Source: Utricularia gibba
Taxonomy: Eukaryota > Plantae > Magnoliophyta
Direction: 5' to 3'
Length of the DNA: 64,000 nt
Assembly: GCA_002189035.1 (NCBI GenBank)
Contig: CM007989.1
Location: forward strand, 5,332,001-5,396,000
Part shown: positions 1 to 10,470 of the stretch, one piece after another
Numbering within the stretch: the stretch's first letter is position 1
How the letters are laid out: each line of letters opens with the position of its first letter
Program-made: the position numbers and the translations under genes
The notes under the pieces: model-generated
The model's input: only the letters and a program-made list of their open reading frames with translations
The model's database searches: none
Told to the model about the DNA's origin: nothing

Positions 1-771
1 AAGTATCCTAAAAATTCACAAAATATCATTTATCTCCAACAAGATCAAAGTAGTATGAAAGATGCAAAATCAATTGAGAATAATGAGAAAGTAAAATCTA
101 ATATAAGTAAAAACAACACTTAAGAGTAGTAGAATAATATGTTTTGGAACGACACAAAATCAATTATCAAAGAGTAATGATTGTATTATATTATAAAATT
201 ATAGATATAATTATAAATGTATATTTAGAATCAATTTTTAAAAGTAACTACTACCATAAATTATTCTCTCAATTTTGGGATAAAATTGAAGTAATTTTTG
301 AAAATTACACATGATAAAAGATAATAATTATTTGAATGTTTGAAAATTAGAAACCATTCTTGAAATATAGATAGTTATTAGCTGCGTTCCGCATGAAGCC
401 GAGTATTTTAATGAGGAAGAGGAAAGAAAACGAATTGTGAGAATATCTAATATTTTCAAGCAAATAGTGAAGCGGCATGTACGGTGAATGTGATGATAAA
501 CTTCGAAGAGCCCGAAGCCACCTGTCCGCCCCGCCCCGCCATTCTCATCCCTCTGCATTGTCATAGGGAACATCGCGTAGTTAAATTTGGAACTCACCCG
601 CCACCTTTCGGCTCGCGGTCCGGATAATGAAATCCGACGTGGAATAGCAATTAAAGTATATGTGTCAATAGGGCCGGGGCCGGCCGGCTGCTGTGCTGTG
701 TCTGTCTGTGTTACGCCTTTATTATTTCCGGATAAAGAAAAACGAAATAAAAAAATGAGTTCACCTAAAAC

Positions 772-877
772 CACGTGTGTCGGATGCACCTACGAGTCCA
801 CGAAAGTCGTCTCCAGCTGCATTCAGTAAATCACAGTAGGGGTTCGATTTTAAGGCATGATAAGCTCTTAGCACGTG
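772..877. promoter_or_regulatory. Two G-box/ABRE cores (CACGTG at 772-777 and 872-877) upstream of the PLAT gene
   Basis: Both hexamers are read directly and lie exactly 100 bp apart, about 0.5-0.6 kb upstream of the ATG. A CGCG-box-like ACGCGG lies at 1287-1292. Function is inferred only. Confidence 0.35.
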
Positions 878-933
878 CTTCTTGTGTTGCTGACAAAAGA
901 ATGGATAGCCTCAAAAATAATGAAGAGGGAGGG

Positions 934-960
934 TATGGGGTATGGAGTATGGAGTATGGG
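934..960 (+). repeat. Short GTATGG(A/G) tandem repeat, about 4 units
   Basis: The sequence reads gtatggg gtatgga gtatgga gtatggg. Confidence 0.6.
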
Positions 961-1363
961 ATTTGGTAGGTTGGGGGCAAGTGACGCCCACATCCTGTGT
1001 TGTTCAAAAGACGCTAAAAAAGGGGAGCCCTGAAACACAAGACACTCACGATGACGATGGAAGGAAGAAGGATCTCCGAGGTGCAAAACTGGAAGCCCAT
1101 GCGGAACAATACACTAGAATTCGTACCAATTCCAATAACAATTACAAATAAACCGGTTTACAAGCATTTGGATAATAATGCATAATCTTGCACTGGGGCT
1201 CTTCAACAACCTCACTTGTACATATAATATAGATATTTTTATTTATTTGAGGGTTTGTGGAATCCTGAAAATAAATGAATAAACACACGCGGCACTGCAG
1301 TGGGACTCTAAAATAAGTAGGAGTGATAGCGCTATGGATGTCATCCTAAGGAAACCACCGAAA

Positions 1364-1973
1364 ATGGAGTTGAAGCAGTACGTCTTCTTCTTCGTGCTAA
1401 CGCTCTTCTCCTTGCTCAACCTCTCCGCAGCCGTAAGCCACTCTTACATTTAATAACAATGTCTGAAGAAGCGGATTAATCAGATTATCTTTCTTTTTGT
1501 GGATTCAGGATCCATCTTGCGTGTACACCGTGTACGTGGAAACCGGTTCAGGCTACCTCTCCGGCACCGACTCAAACATCAGCGCCACCTTCTATGCGGC
1601 CTCCGGGACCGGAATCTCGATCACCAATCTGGTGGCCTGGGGCGGAGAAGCGGGCAACGGTTACTTCAAGACTGGAAGCGTAGACGTCTTCAGCGGAATA
1701 GGGCCGTGCTTGGGTGCCCCCGTCTGTGCCGTCAACATCACCTCCGATGGGAAGGGATGCAGCAACCCCAGCTGGAAATGCAACTCCGTGGAGCTCTCCG
1801 TCGCGGGTTGGGGCCAGCCATGTGGAAATATCAAATTCAGTATCAACCAGTGGCTCGCGGAGTTTGCTTATCCTTATAGTCTCAGTGCCTTCGTGAATTC
1901 TTGCAACGGTATCGGCGGCGGCAGCGCCGTCGGAGGATCCGGGGCCGCTTTGCCGACGGTGCATGTGGTTTGA
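1364..1973 (+). CDS. PLAT: Secreted PLAT/LH2-domain protein (PLAT1/2/3-like); exons 1364-1432 and 1509-1973
   Basis: Exon 1 encodes a signal peptide (MELKQYVFFFVLTLFSLLNLSAA). A phase-0 GT..AG intron spans 1433-1508 (76 nt). Exon 2 reads DPSCVYTVYVETGS..GTDSNISA..NLVAWGG..FSGIGPCLGAPVCAVNITSDG..QWLA, matching plant PLAT proteins. An alternative in-frame ATG lies at 1334. Confidence 0.92.
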
Positions 1974-3883
1974 TGGACGTTGAATCAGTGTTGGTGTTGG
2001 CCGGCGCAATAATTTGAAACGACGACGTTGAATGCCCCTTGCGGCTGGCTTTGGCAATAATAAGGGTTCTATTTATTTTCTCTTGCACAGTCGTGGGGCG
2101 TTAATTTGACTTAAAACGTAATCGAATTTTTTCCGTCGCCACTCGCGCTATATCATCTCGGGCTTCGATATGTTATGATGGTACGTACGGATATGAGTTG
2201 GGCTGAAGGCGCTTAGCCAATCGGGGCACGCGTCATCCGGGCTCGAGCCCATCGCCGGCCCGGTTCAGTAAATGGTCTGCGTTTTGATTCGTTGACTAAA
2301 ACCTGGCGTGAATCAAAACTCTCCATCGTGTCGTGTAAATTTTAAATGACAATAATCCGTTTAGGAGATTCTAGAGATCGCAATTTAAGAAACCCCCCAG
2401 CCCCAGTGCTGTGCTTAAATATATGTAGTCAAAATCAAACCCTATTGTACACTACTTGCAGTAAAAATAACCCATTACTTAATTAAGCTTCAAGACTGGG
2501 GACCAAACGCAGTGAGTGAATTGAAGTGTTGTCATGTAGGAGGCGGGATACCACCACCCGCCACCGGGCAAAGTACCCCACCGGCTGAGCCGGCTGGGAA
2601 CCGGGTGCCGAGATGAAACCCTCTTCCTCAACACTGCTCGCTTGGACGGATGATACAGTTTGAAATCCTCTTCCCACGCATGCTTCAACTACGATCTAGC
2701 CCGCAGTTGGTAAAAATACTAATGGGTCTAACTTGCAATTATCTACGCATTGAGTTGATTAATGTTTTCTCACGTAGATCCTTCAAGTGAAGAAGAAGGT
2801 TCACCCGCAAGTTGCCATTAACTACTGGATACCAATATCGATGCATATATGTAAAATATAATACATATGCTTTGTGCTTGGTTACGAATAGGAACCTCTT
2901 CTCCATACCAATTATCTAAAGCATGTCATTTTATAATTCCTATTGCTACCGCAAGGATGAATGTTCTGTTTGTATTTTGAATTATTGGGAAAATACAATT
3001 TCAAAAAGTCATCTTTTTTTCTGGTCAAGATTACTTGATAGCAAACACATGTTATGAAACGCATTTGGAGTGCCGCAACCGTGATGTTGATATACAAAAT
3101 GCGGAACCCTTTCTTTCAGACTTCAGTGCGGAACGGCGACGACTGTGAATTATTCAAAGGTGTTACAGGTGACTATCAAAATCCATTTCAGAAAGCTAAG
3201 GTTTTCGATACTCATAGGAGGCTTTCCACCACGATCCCGCTCGTTTTCACGATATAATCACACAGATTGATATATCGAGTGAATAAAGAAATTTTGAAGG
3301 ATGGGCGACAGGAAGGCTTATCGTGGGCTGCATATCGTCATCCCATCCCCATAAAAGTGGTGTTAGCACCTTTTCAGCAGTTGGATACAAGGAAGCAACT
3401 TTGACATGTTTCGTCCTTTTTCGTATCCCTTGTTAAACTCTTCTTGAGACCCCGACTATACCTTTACAAGAAAAAAGAGTGATGGGAGCTGACGACTACG
3501 TTTCTTGCAATACAATACGAGTCGCTAAGTTGCTTCTTTGTCTTTTTCAGGGTAGATGCGGATGTGGATGCATTCGAATGCACAGCCTGCAGACTGATTA
3601 CGCGGACCACCAGAACAACGAGATGGAGACAGCCATGTATCCATCAATGAAATTCATACGATTAAAATATGTACCCCATTTGATTTCAACTATTATCACG
3701 TGGCGTGTGGTAGATACCCTTGTGGCTAAAAACACCATTCTGAACACATTCAAACATTAAGCGAGCAATCATTTTTGTTCTTCCTTGTCACCAGCAGTGA
3801 GTGACGTTCCCACTTCCCATTCTCGTTCAAGTTCCTAATAATTAACCCATTTTGTCCTTGTTCCACTTTCATGTCAGATTTTT

Positions 3884-3900
3884 CTTTGACTCGGTCAAAG
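3884..3900. promoter_or_regulatory. Palindromic double W-box (TTGACT at 3886-3891 and GGTCAA at 3893-3898); a further TTGACC at 4255-4260
   Basis: CTTTGAC-TCG-GTCAAAG is a perfect inverted repeat, about 630 bp upstream of the VQ ATG. Confidence 0.5.
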
Positions 3901-4382
3901 CTTCGGGTAGAGGGTGTCCAATTGCTACTATTATAATTTGTTATACACTAACAATGATTTTAATCTTGATTACAGAAGAAGTGGCGTGAACTTTACCACA
4001 AACAGTTATCTCGCCTTCCTCGGACTCCGACCGCCGCAAATATATTACGAGTTTGATGGTTTTCAGACATGGAGGAATACTTAACAGCAGGCCACGACTG
4101 GGTTTCTTGTAGTAGTTTTTTCAAACCTTCCACACTGTTCAAAAGCCTAGTAGCCCACGACACCAGGGAATAAATAGTCTCCATCTGATTTTCGTGCCGT
4201 TTTAATTATTATTATTTTTGTTATTTTCGCATTTAATCAATTATTGTTTTTTTATTGACCCCCAGTCGCAATTTCTTAGTGCAAAAGTATGAGACGCAAC
4301 GAGTGACGGTCATCTTCTTCTTCTTCCCCTTCTCTTTGTCGGTGTGATGAAGGACCAAAAACCCTAGAGTTCTATTCTCTCT

Positions 4383-4487
4383 ATGAAGAAAAAAAGCATA
4401 AGCGTTTTTCAATTCTGCTGGGTTTCTGGAAAATCTGTATTTTTACTTCCGACCCATCCCTCTCTGCATCATCCTTATTTTTATTGA
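4383..4487 (+). other. 34-codon upstream ORF (MKKKSISVFQFCWVSGKSVFLLPTHPSLHHPYFY*) in frame with the VQ CDS
   Basis: Translated by hand: ATG at 4383, TGA at 4485-4487, then 12 sense codons to the ATG at 4524. It lies downstream of a CT-rich patch (~4314-4340) typical of 5' leaders. Confidence 0.5.
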
Positions 4488-4523
4488 AGTTTTGAGTTGC
4501 AGAGAAAGAGAAACAGAATACTT

Positions 4524-5609
4524 ATGGATTCCGGTAACAGTGGAAGTCTCCAGTCATCCAGCGGCGGTGATGAGGAGTACGATGATTCTTCACGTACCGC
4601 CGGGGCCAACGCCATGTTCATTCCACATCAACTTCCTCCGCCGTCTGACTTCGACCCTTTCTCCACCTACACACAAAATCCGACTATAAATCTTAACCGG
4701 AATACGACCTCCTCATGGCAGAGATCCTACTCGGATTCAATCATTCAGCACCACAACCAATCCTTGCTGACGTCAACTTCCGGCGGCTTGATTACTCCTC
4801 CTCCTTTTCAACAAGCGGCGGTGGGGTCTGCGAATCCCAACCCGGTGGCTGCGGCGGTAGCGGTGTCGCGTAACCCGAAGAAAAGATCAAGAGCGTCGAG
4901 ACGAGTACCGACGACAGTGCTGACCACAGACACCACTAATTTCAGAGCCATGGTTCAGGAGTTCACCGGAATCCCCGCCCCGCCGTTTAGTAATTCTTCT
5001 ACACCTTTCCCGAGAGCAACCGTCGCCAGGTTTGATCATCGTTTCTCAGGTACCAGATCAGCAGCACCAAATTTTCTTCGGCGACCTCTTAATCAAAAAG
5101 TTCAATCTCCGGCGCCGCCGTTCCTCTCAGCTTCTTCTTCCCTTTTGACCTCCACCGCCGTAGCGAATTCACCCACCACAGCTAACAATAACAATAACTC
5201 AGCCTCTAGCTCAACGCCTCTGGTCAACTACCAACTCCCACTCCATCAAAATTCCAACTTTTTCAATACCCAGTTCCCATTTCTTCAAACTGACTCAAAA
5301 TTTCTCTTCCCCACTTCTAAAACTCCTAATATTGCCCAGGTTTCATCGTTCGATTTTCCGTCAGCTGATCAGTTTGACGATGGCGGCGGAAACCTGATGG
5401 GCTTGCAAAACCTTATTTCCCGGGATCAAAACGCTGTTGATTGGAGAAACAATGGGATTGTACAAGACGAGAGTGAGGGTTTTCAAACTTCTTCCTTCGC
5501 CGGAATGATCCCGGGGCTGTTGAGTTTTCACAGCGAAAAGGGACCTGAAAATGTTGCGGCGATGCGGGGTGAAGGTACCTTAGATCCGTGGACACTTTCT
5601 TCAGATTAG
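4524..5609 (+). CDS. VQ: VQ-motif protein, intronless, 361 aa (resembles the Arabidopsis VQ7/VQ30/VQ34-type group)
   Basis: It carries the core motif TTVLTTDTTNFRAMVQEFTG, the characteristic N-terminus MDSGNSGSLQSSSGGDEEYD, and the C-terminus KGPENV..RGEG..DPW..SSD. Confidence 0.95.
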   Translation: MDSGNSGSLQSSSGGDEEYDDSSRTAGANAMFIPHQLPPPSDFDPFSTYTQNPTINLNRNTTSSWQRSYSDSIIQHHNQSLLTSTSGGLITPPPFQQAAVGSANPNPVAAAVAVSRNPKKRSRASRRVPTTVLTTDTTNFRAMVQEFTGIPAPPFSNSSTPFPRATVARFDHRFSGTRSAAPNFLRRPLNQKVQSPAPPFLSASSSLLTSTAVANSPTTANNNNNSASSSTPLVNYQLPLHQNSNFFNTQFPFLQTDSKFLFPTSKTPNIAQVSSFDFPSADQFDDGGGNLMGLQNLISRDQNAVDWRNNGIVQDESEGFQTSSFAGMIPGLLSFHSEKGPENVAAMRGEGTLDPWTLSSD

Positions 5610-7023
5610 TGAGAATGAATATGATTATATTTCTACGGTAGGAGAAAATTATATTATTAATTATGACTTACGGGATCATGAGAAGTTAACCCGATCATCA
5701 ATAGTGAATACCCATTTTGTTTCCATAGTATGGTTCATCTCTATGACTGTTGGTGAACATACATAGCATAGCACACACAGACGCGTACCCTTAGATGATA
5801 TGATATTGTAGAATCGAAGTTCAAACCTGGGCCTGTTTCATATGACTCCTTTCACTATTCAGGAAACTCTCCAAGTTCATTGTTTTTCATATAAATGATC
5901 CGAGTACATATGAAGTTGATGCATTCTGGCCCCTAGTTCTTAAGTGGATTTGGGTAATATATGCAGCAAATGATGTCTCTTCCCATGTGTTTGTTGCTTA
6001 AGGTAACATTATGAGTGAGGGTGGCCATAACTACCATGGTATATTGGTTCACCAATCTTTAGGGTTGAACCCGTAACCTAGTTATGTTGAATCATTTATT
6101 ATAGACTCAAGTTCACATGCCGTACAAAGCGTGAGCGTGAAGGATATTTCATCGACTTCCATCCAGACCCGGAGTGGGATCGTTTAACGTGTTGCTTCTC
6201 ATGTATCTGAATGTGTATAAAAAGTGGTGGCTCTGAGGGAGTCTGAAAGAGCCACTTTATTTGAATGATTCGTAGCACCGAAGATCCGGATTCTTCAAGC
6301 TGGTCATCCTCCTTGACCCTTGATTGATGGATGGTGTGGTGTGTTCTCCCTTTAAATAAAATATTAGTTTGGGGATCTGTGTGAATTATATCCTTCGGCG
6401 GATGGTGGCTATAGTTTATTGACTGATGCCGTGAATCATGGCCCATTGGATTTCGCCAACTTTATAACAAGGAATCATATCTTGTTTCTTGTCCCTTTTC
6501 GAATTCGTAGGGATTTGGGGGCAAATGTTGGAACAGAAGGATTCCTCTTCCTGTTTTGGGGGGCAAAACCCTTGTGGTTGTGCTCATTTTCTCAAATGAA
6601 ACCTGGAGAGGAGAGGATGATCCCCAGGGTTAGTTAACTCGCTCCCTATTTTTATATAACTTTTCATGAACAAACAAGAAGGGGGAAATGGATATCCGTG
6701 GAATTAATTTCTGAATATTCTAGTAACTGAAAATATGCGATGATCAATTATTGAAGAGGTGCACATATAAGTTTTATTTGAATCAGGGGTATGGGAAAAC
6801 GACACTTGGGCCTTGAGGGGTGGGGGGGGGGACCAGTTGTCTTGGCTCAGAGCGTGCTCTTTCAGTCAGACACTTGACATCTGCTGAGTGTGGGGGACCC
6901 CATGAATTTAAGCACACCTTAATCTGCTAACCCAAATGGGGAGGCAAAATATGTAGAAGAAAAACATGTTTTTTTTTGAATTGGGCTTTCGTTTTTTTAT
7001 GCAGGCCGGAAGTGAAGCTTCAA

Positions 7024-7054
<31 letters not shown>
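7024..7054 (+). repeat. (GTATGG)5 microsatellite forming a canonical G-quadruplex motif
   Basis: GGG tracts occur at 7028, 7034, 7040, 7046 and 7052, separated by TAT loops. Confidence 0.85.
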
Positions 7055-7055
<1 letters not shown>

Positions 7056-7969
7056 GTTCCATACTTCAGTGGACAGGAAGGTGAACTGTAGGTGGACGTT
7101 GAAGTTATATACCCAAAAGCTATATTTATTTTGTACTTCTTAACCTTTAATCCATGTTTTATTGAAGGTATATCTAGATGACAACCGTGATTTATATCAC
7201 TCTAAACTATGGATTTTATGATATCTTAAATTGTTTTATGTACTTTATATTTCATTTTCTCGTCACCTTTCATTTATTTTATATGTTTACACTAATATAA
7301 TCTTTTTATAGAAAACCATTTTAGATGATTTTTTGGTATTCTTGGGAGAAGGTAAAAACACAAAGAATGATGATTTAGAAAACTCAAAAACAAGAATGCT
7401 ACTCTGATCAAAGAATAAAAATCTACTAAGAATAGATTGAATTACAAAGTGTTCTTTGAAGAGGAATCGCATTGGATTCAAAGTGCAGAAAGCATCAAGA
7501 AAAAGGACACATATTATAGGGTGTGGTTTATACTAAAACCAAAGATGGGCTCATAAGATTGCCGGTAACCAATAATGAACAATCCCATGCCCCTTTGGAA
7601 TTTCCCCTTATCTTGTCTTATAGACTAGACAAGGGCGGCCGCACTCCATAATTACTTGGGGTGCCATCTCACACCTTTGAAAGGAGTGACAAGATCTATT
7701 GCTCTCAATGTTAACATGAGCTTATCCTTGCTCTCACTACAATTAACAACATTCATGGTGCCAAATTGTTATGATCATAAAATTTATTTCCACAAACAAT
7801 CAATTTTTTTGATGAAATAGTAGAATTTTGATGATCTAGAAAACAAAAAAAACTAAATAAATTTTTCTATACGTACAAAAAAATGGGTGATTACCCTATA
7901 GTATGACTACAAGAACCACTAGGAATCATGGTAGACTCAAAGAAGAAGAAAATATCATGGAATAAATCC

Positions 7970-10470
7970 TGTGTTTTAGGATGTGTTCTTTTGCAGGATA
8001 ATTTCTACAAAGTTTAAAGATGAAACACATTAGTTACTTGTAATTGAATCTTATTATTCCCTTTCTTAGTATTTCTTATACATATATACTTTGGGCTTCT
8101 TAAGAGGTGCACTATGTCATTGAACTTCCTTAGATGCTCTAACATGAAGTCATCTCATATTTGTACTTCAATTTAAACATGTTCTTGTATAATGTGAGTT
8201 TGTTTAGAGTGTTATCAGCTCTGAACATATCTTCTAATGTTTTCCATAGTTGTTGTGCATCATCATATTCATTGATCCTGTGTGATAAATTTTTACCAAT
8301 ACAAAAATTCATGATAGCAATTGCCTTTAAATGTAGGTGCCTCAATGCAACATCCTCAATATTGGAAGGCCTATTTGTACCAACGATCACGGGATCCCAC
8401 AAATCCTTACATACTAGTATGGATTTAATCTTAGACCGCGATAATGAGTAGTTGATGGTATTTAGTTTTGGAACATTATGTACTTCATCCATGACTCTCA
8501 TATGTTGGAAATATGGAGACAAAGAAGATCCCAAATCCACTGGAATGCCCAACGAATGCCCAATGTGGCTGACGTGATTTCCCCAAAACGAGTTTGTAAA
8601 ATAACTAACACAAGAGAAGATTTATTAGATAAAACCTAGAATCTGGGAAACCTCCTAGGTTTGGAAAATCCCAAGCAACGATGAAAATTCACTACGGGTT
8701 TGCAGTAGAAATACAATACTTTCGTTCAATTGTTTAACAAATATCTAATCCACAATACACAATACTCTAGAAGATCATCATCTTGTTTCGTGCTATGCTC
8801 TTTAAATAGAATTTCCACTAGTCTTCTCTATCTCTATTAAGGGACCTAGAAGTGGACTTTTATAAGCACAAGTCCTTGCTTCTCGCAACTACATCCTCTT
8901 TATGTCGCATGGAAGTTTGCACTTGACTTCACACAACAACCTCCTGTCGTGTTGTGCTGCACCTGTTGACTTGACGTAGCCCCCTACCTGTCACAACTTT
9001 CAACTCATTGGAAAACACATCCGCAGCCTTGTCTTCAACATTAAATACAAGTGCCCTACAATGGCTAAAGTGCACATCAAGATGACCTTTGATGAGGAAA
9101 TTCAGGCCATACAACTGATGAATACATTACTTGATTCTAAAGAGACACTTGTGATCACATTGAGCAACTTTGCAAATGGAGACCTTAAATATGATACTAT
9201 AACTATGCCTTTGCTACAAGAGAAACTCAGGAGGTGAAATGGAGGAGATGGGAAGTATGCTACTTCAAAGCCACATTTGGCATACATTGAAGGACACAAT
9301 AGAGTATGATTTAAGGAAACGAGCAACAATAAAGATAGGGACAAGTCTAAGTAGAGGAGCAAATCACATAACAAGCAAGAGAAACATAAGAAAAAGTATA
9401 AATGATGCTTGTGTTTCATTTATAGGAAGAAGGGTCACGTACACAAAGATTATTATGGTTATAAACAGGTTCAACAAGAGAAAGATAAATAATGAAAAAC
9501 CGAAGAATTGGTAGAAAATAACAATTTTGCGTATTTGAGTGATGTTGATAATGATATTCTTGTTTTGTTAGCCGTACAAGCAGGAGAGACAAGTCTCTCG
9601 AATTCCTAGTTTGTGAATTCTTCGACTTTCTTTCATGCAACTCCTCACAAGATTAGTATGTTGAACTATGAAGTGTATCATGCTAGTATTGTAAAAATGG
9701 GAAAGCAATCAATTTTAGAAATTGATGGTATTGGTGATCTTCTAGTCAACACAAATATGAGACCCTAGCTAAGATTTCAAGGGTGCATCATGTCTTGCTT
9801 TGCGGGTCAACTTATTCTTTGTAGGGGAATTAGATATCGTAGGATATCATCGTAGTTTGGAGCACAAGTGTGGAAGCTTCTAAAGGGCTCTATGATTGTT
9901 GTCAAAGAAACAATGGTAGGGAGTGTGTACAAGATAGAGTTGAGATAAGACTTTATGGTGATACATACTATTACTGGTAAAGATAAATCTTACATTTTTT
10001 GGCATGAATAGTTGGGTCATTTATCAGAAACTAAAATTATGCAGTTGTCCAAAGATGGCTTCATGGATGCATCTATTACACCCTCAACATGTGAGCAATG
10101 CATTTATAGAAAATAGCACAAGATAGCATCCAAGTCGCATATGAACATTGTGTTCTCAAATTTTGGAGGTCCTGTAAACATTCCCATAGCTGGTGGGATT
10201 AGACAGTACTTTTGTCAATGACGCGGTATGAAAGACTTGGGTTTATATGGTGAAGATAAAATCAGAAGTCTTTGAATGCTTCACAGTATTTCATGTGATG
10301 GTGGAAAGGGAGATTGGTTGAAGCTCAAATAATTCCGGATGAACAATAGAGAAGAGTATTGCAATGAAGATTTTAAAAGATACTATGTAAAACATGGCAT
10401 TAAGATAATTAACTATTGGACCTTGTATCTTTTGATCGTACAAGAGAGAGCTACATGATAAAATTCTTGT
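7970..10470. mobile_element. Degenerate Tnt1/Tork-like Ty1/copia element with an internal inversion (8095-9075)
   Basis: The minus strand carries LTR-like and leader sequence plus the gag N-terminus (LNTINYSL..ILVCKDLWDPV..LWKTLEDMF..KLKY). The plus strand from 9076 carries the gag C-terminal half (KMTFDEEIQAIQL), protease (DSSTFFHATP), GAG-pre-integrase (WHE*LGHLSE) and a partial integrase. Many stops and frameshifts; outer limits are approximate. Confidence 0.8.

Noticed and set aside
328-829. 153-aa minus ORF and 80-aa plus ORF upstream of PLAT
   Set aside because: There is no recognisable domain or splice structure; they are probably chance ORFs in a GC-richer promoter region.
1499-2057. 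Overlapping 126-aa (plus) and 161-aa (minus) ORFs
   Set aside because: They are shadow frames of the GC-rich PLAT exon.
2400-3760. GC-rich patches with hints of kinase subdomain XI or ankyrin-like words (HHDPARFHDIITQID, RWGTLP)
   Set aside because: The fragments lie on different strands and frames and could not be assembled into a coherent gene. A BLASTX would be needed.
6099-6446. 115-aa minus-strand ORF
   Set aside because: It has no motif or homology that I can recognise.
6855-6872. GTGCTCTTTCAGTCAGA resembling a miR156 star or target sequence
   Set aside because: It is too short and gapped, and no matching mature arm or foldback was found.
7450-7770. Possible small LTR ending ..AACAACA followed by TGGTGCC
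   Set aside because: No partner LTR, TSD or coding domain could be shown.
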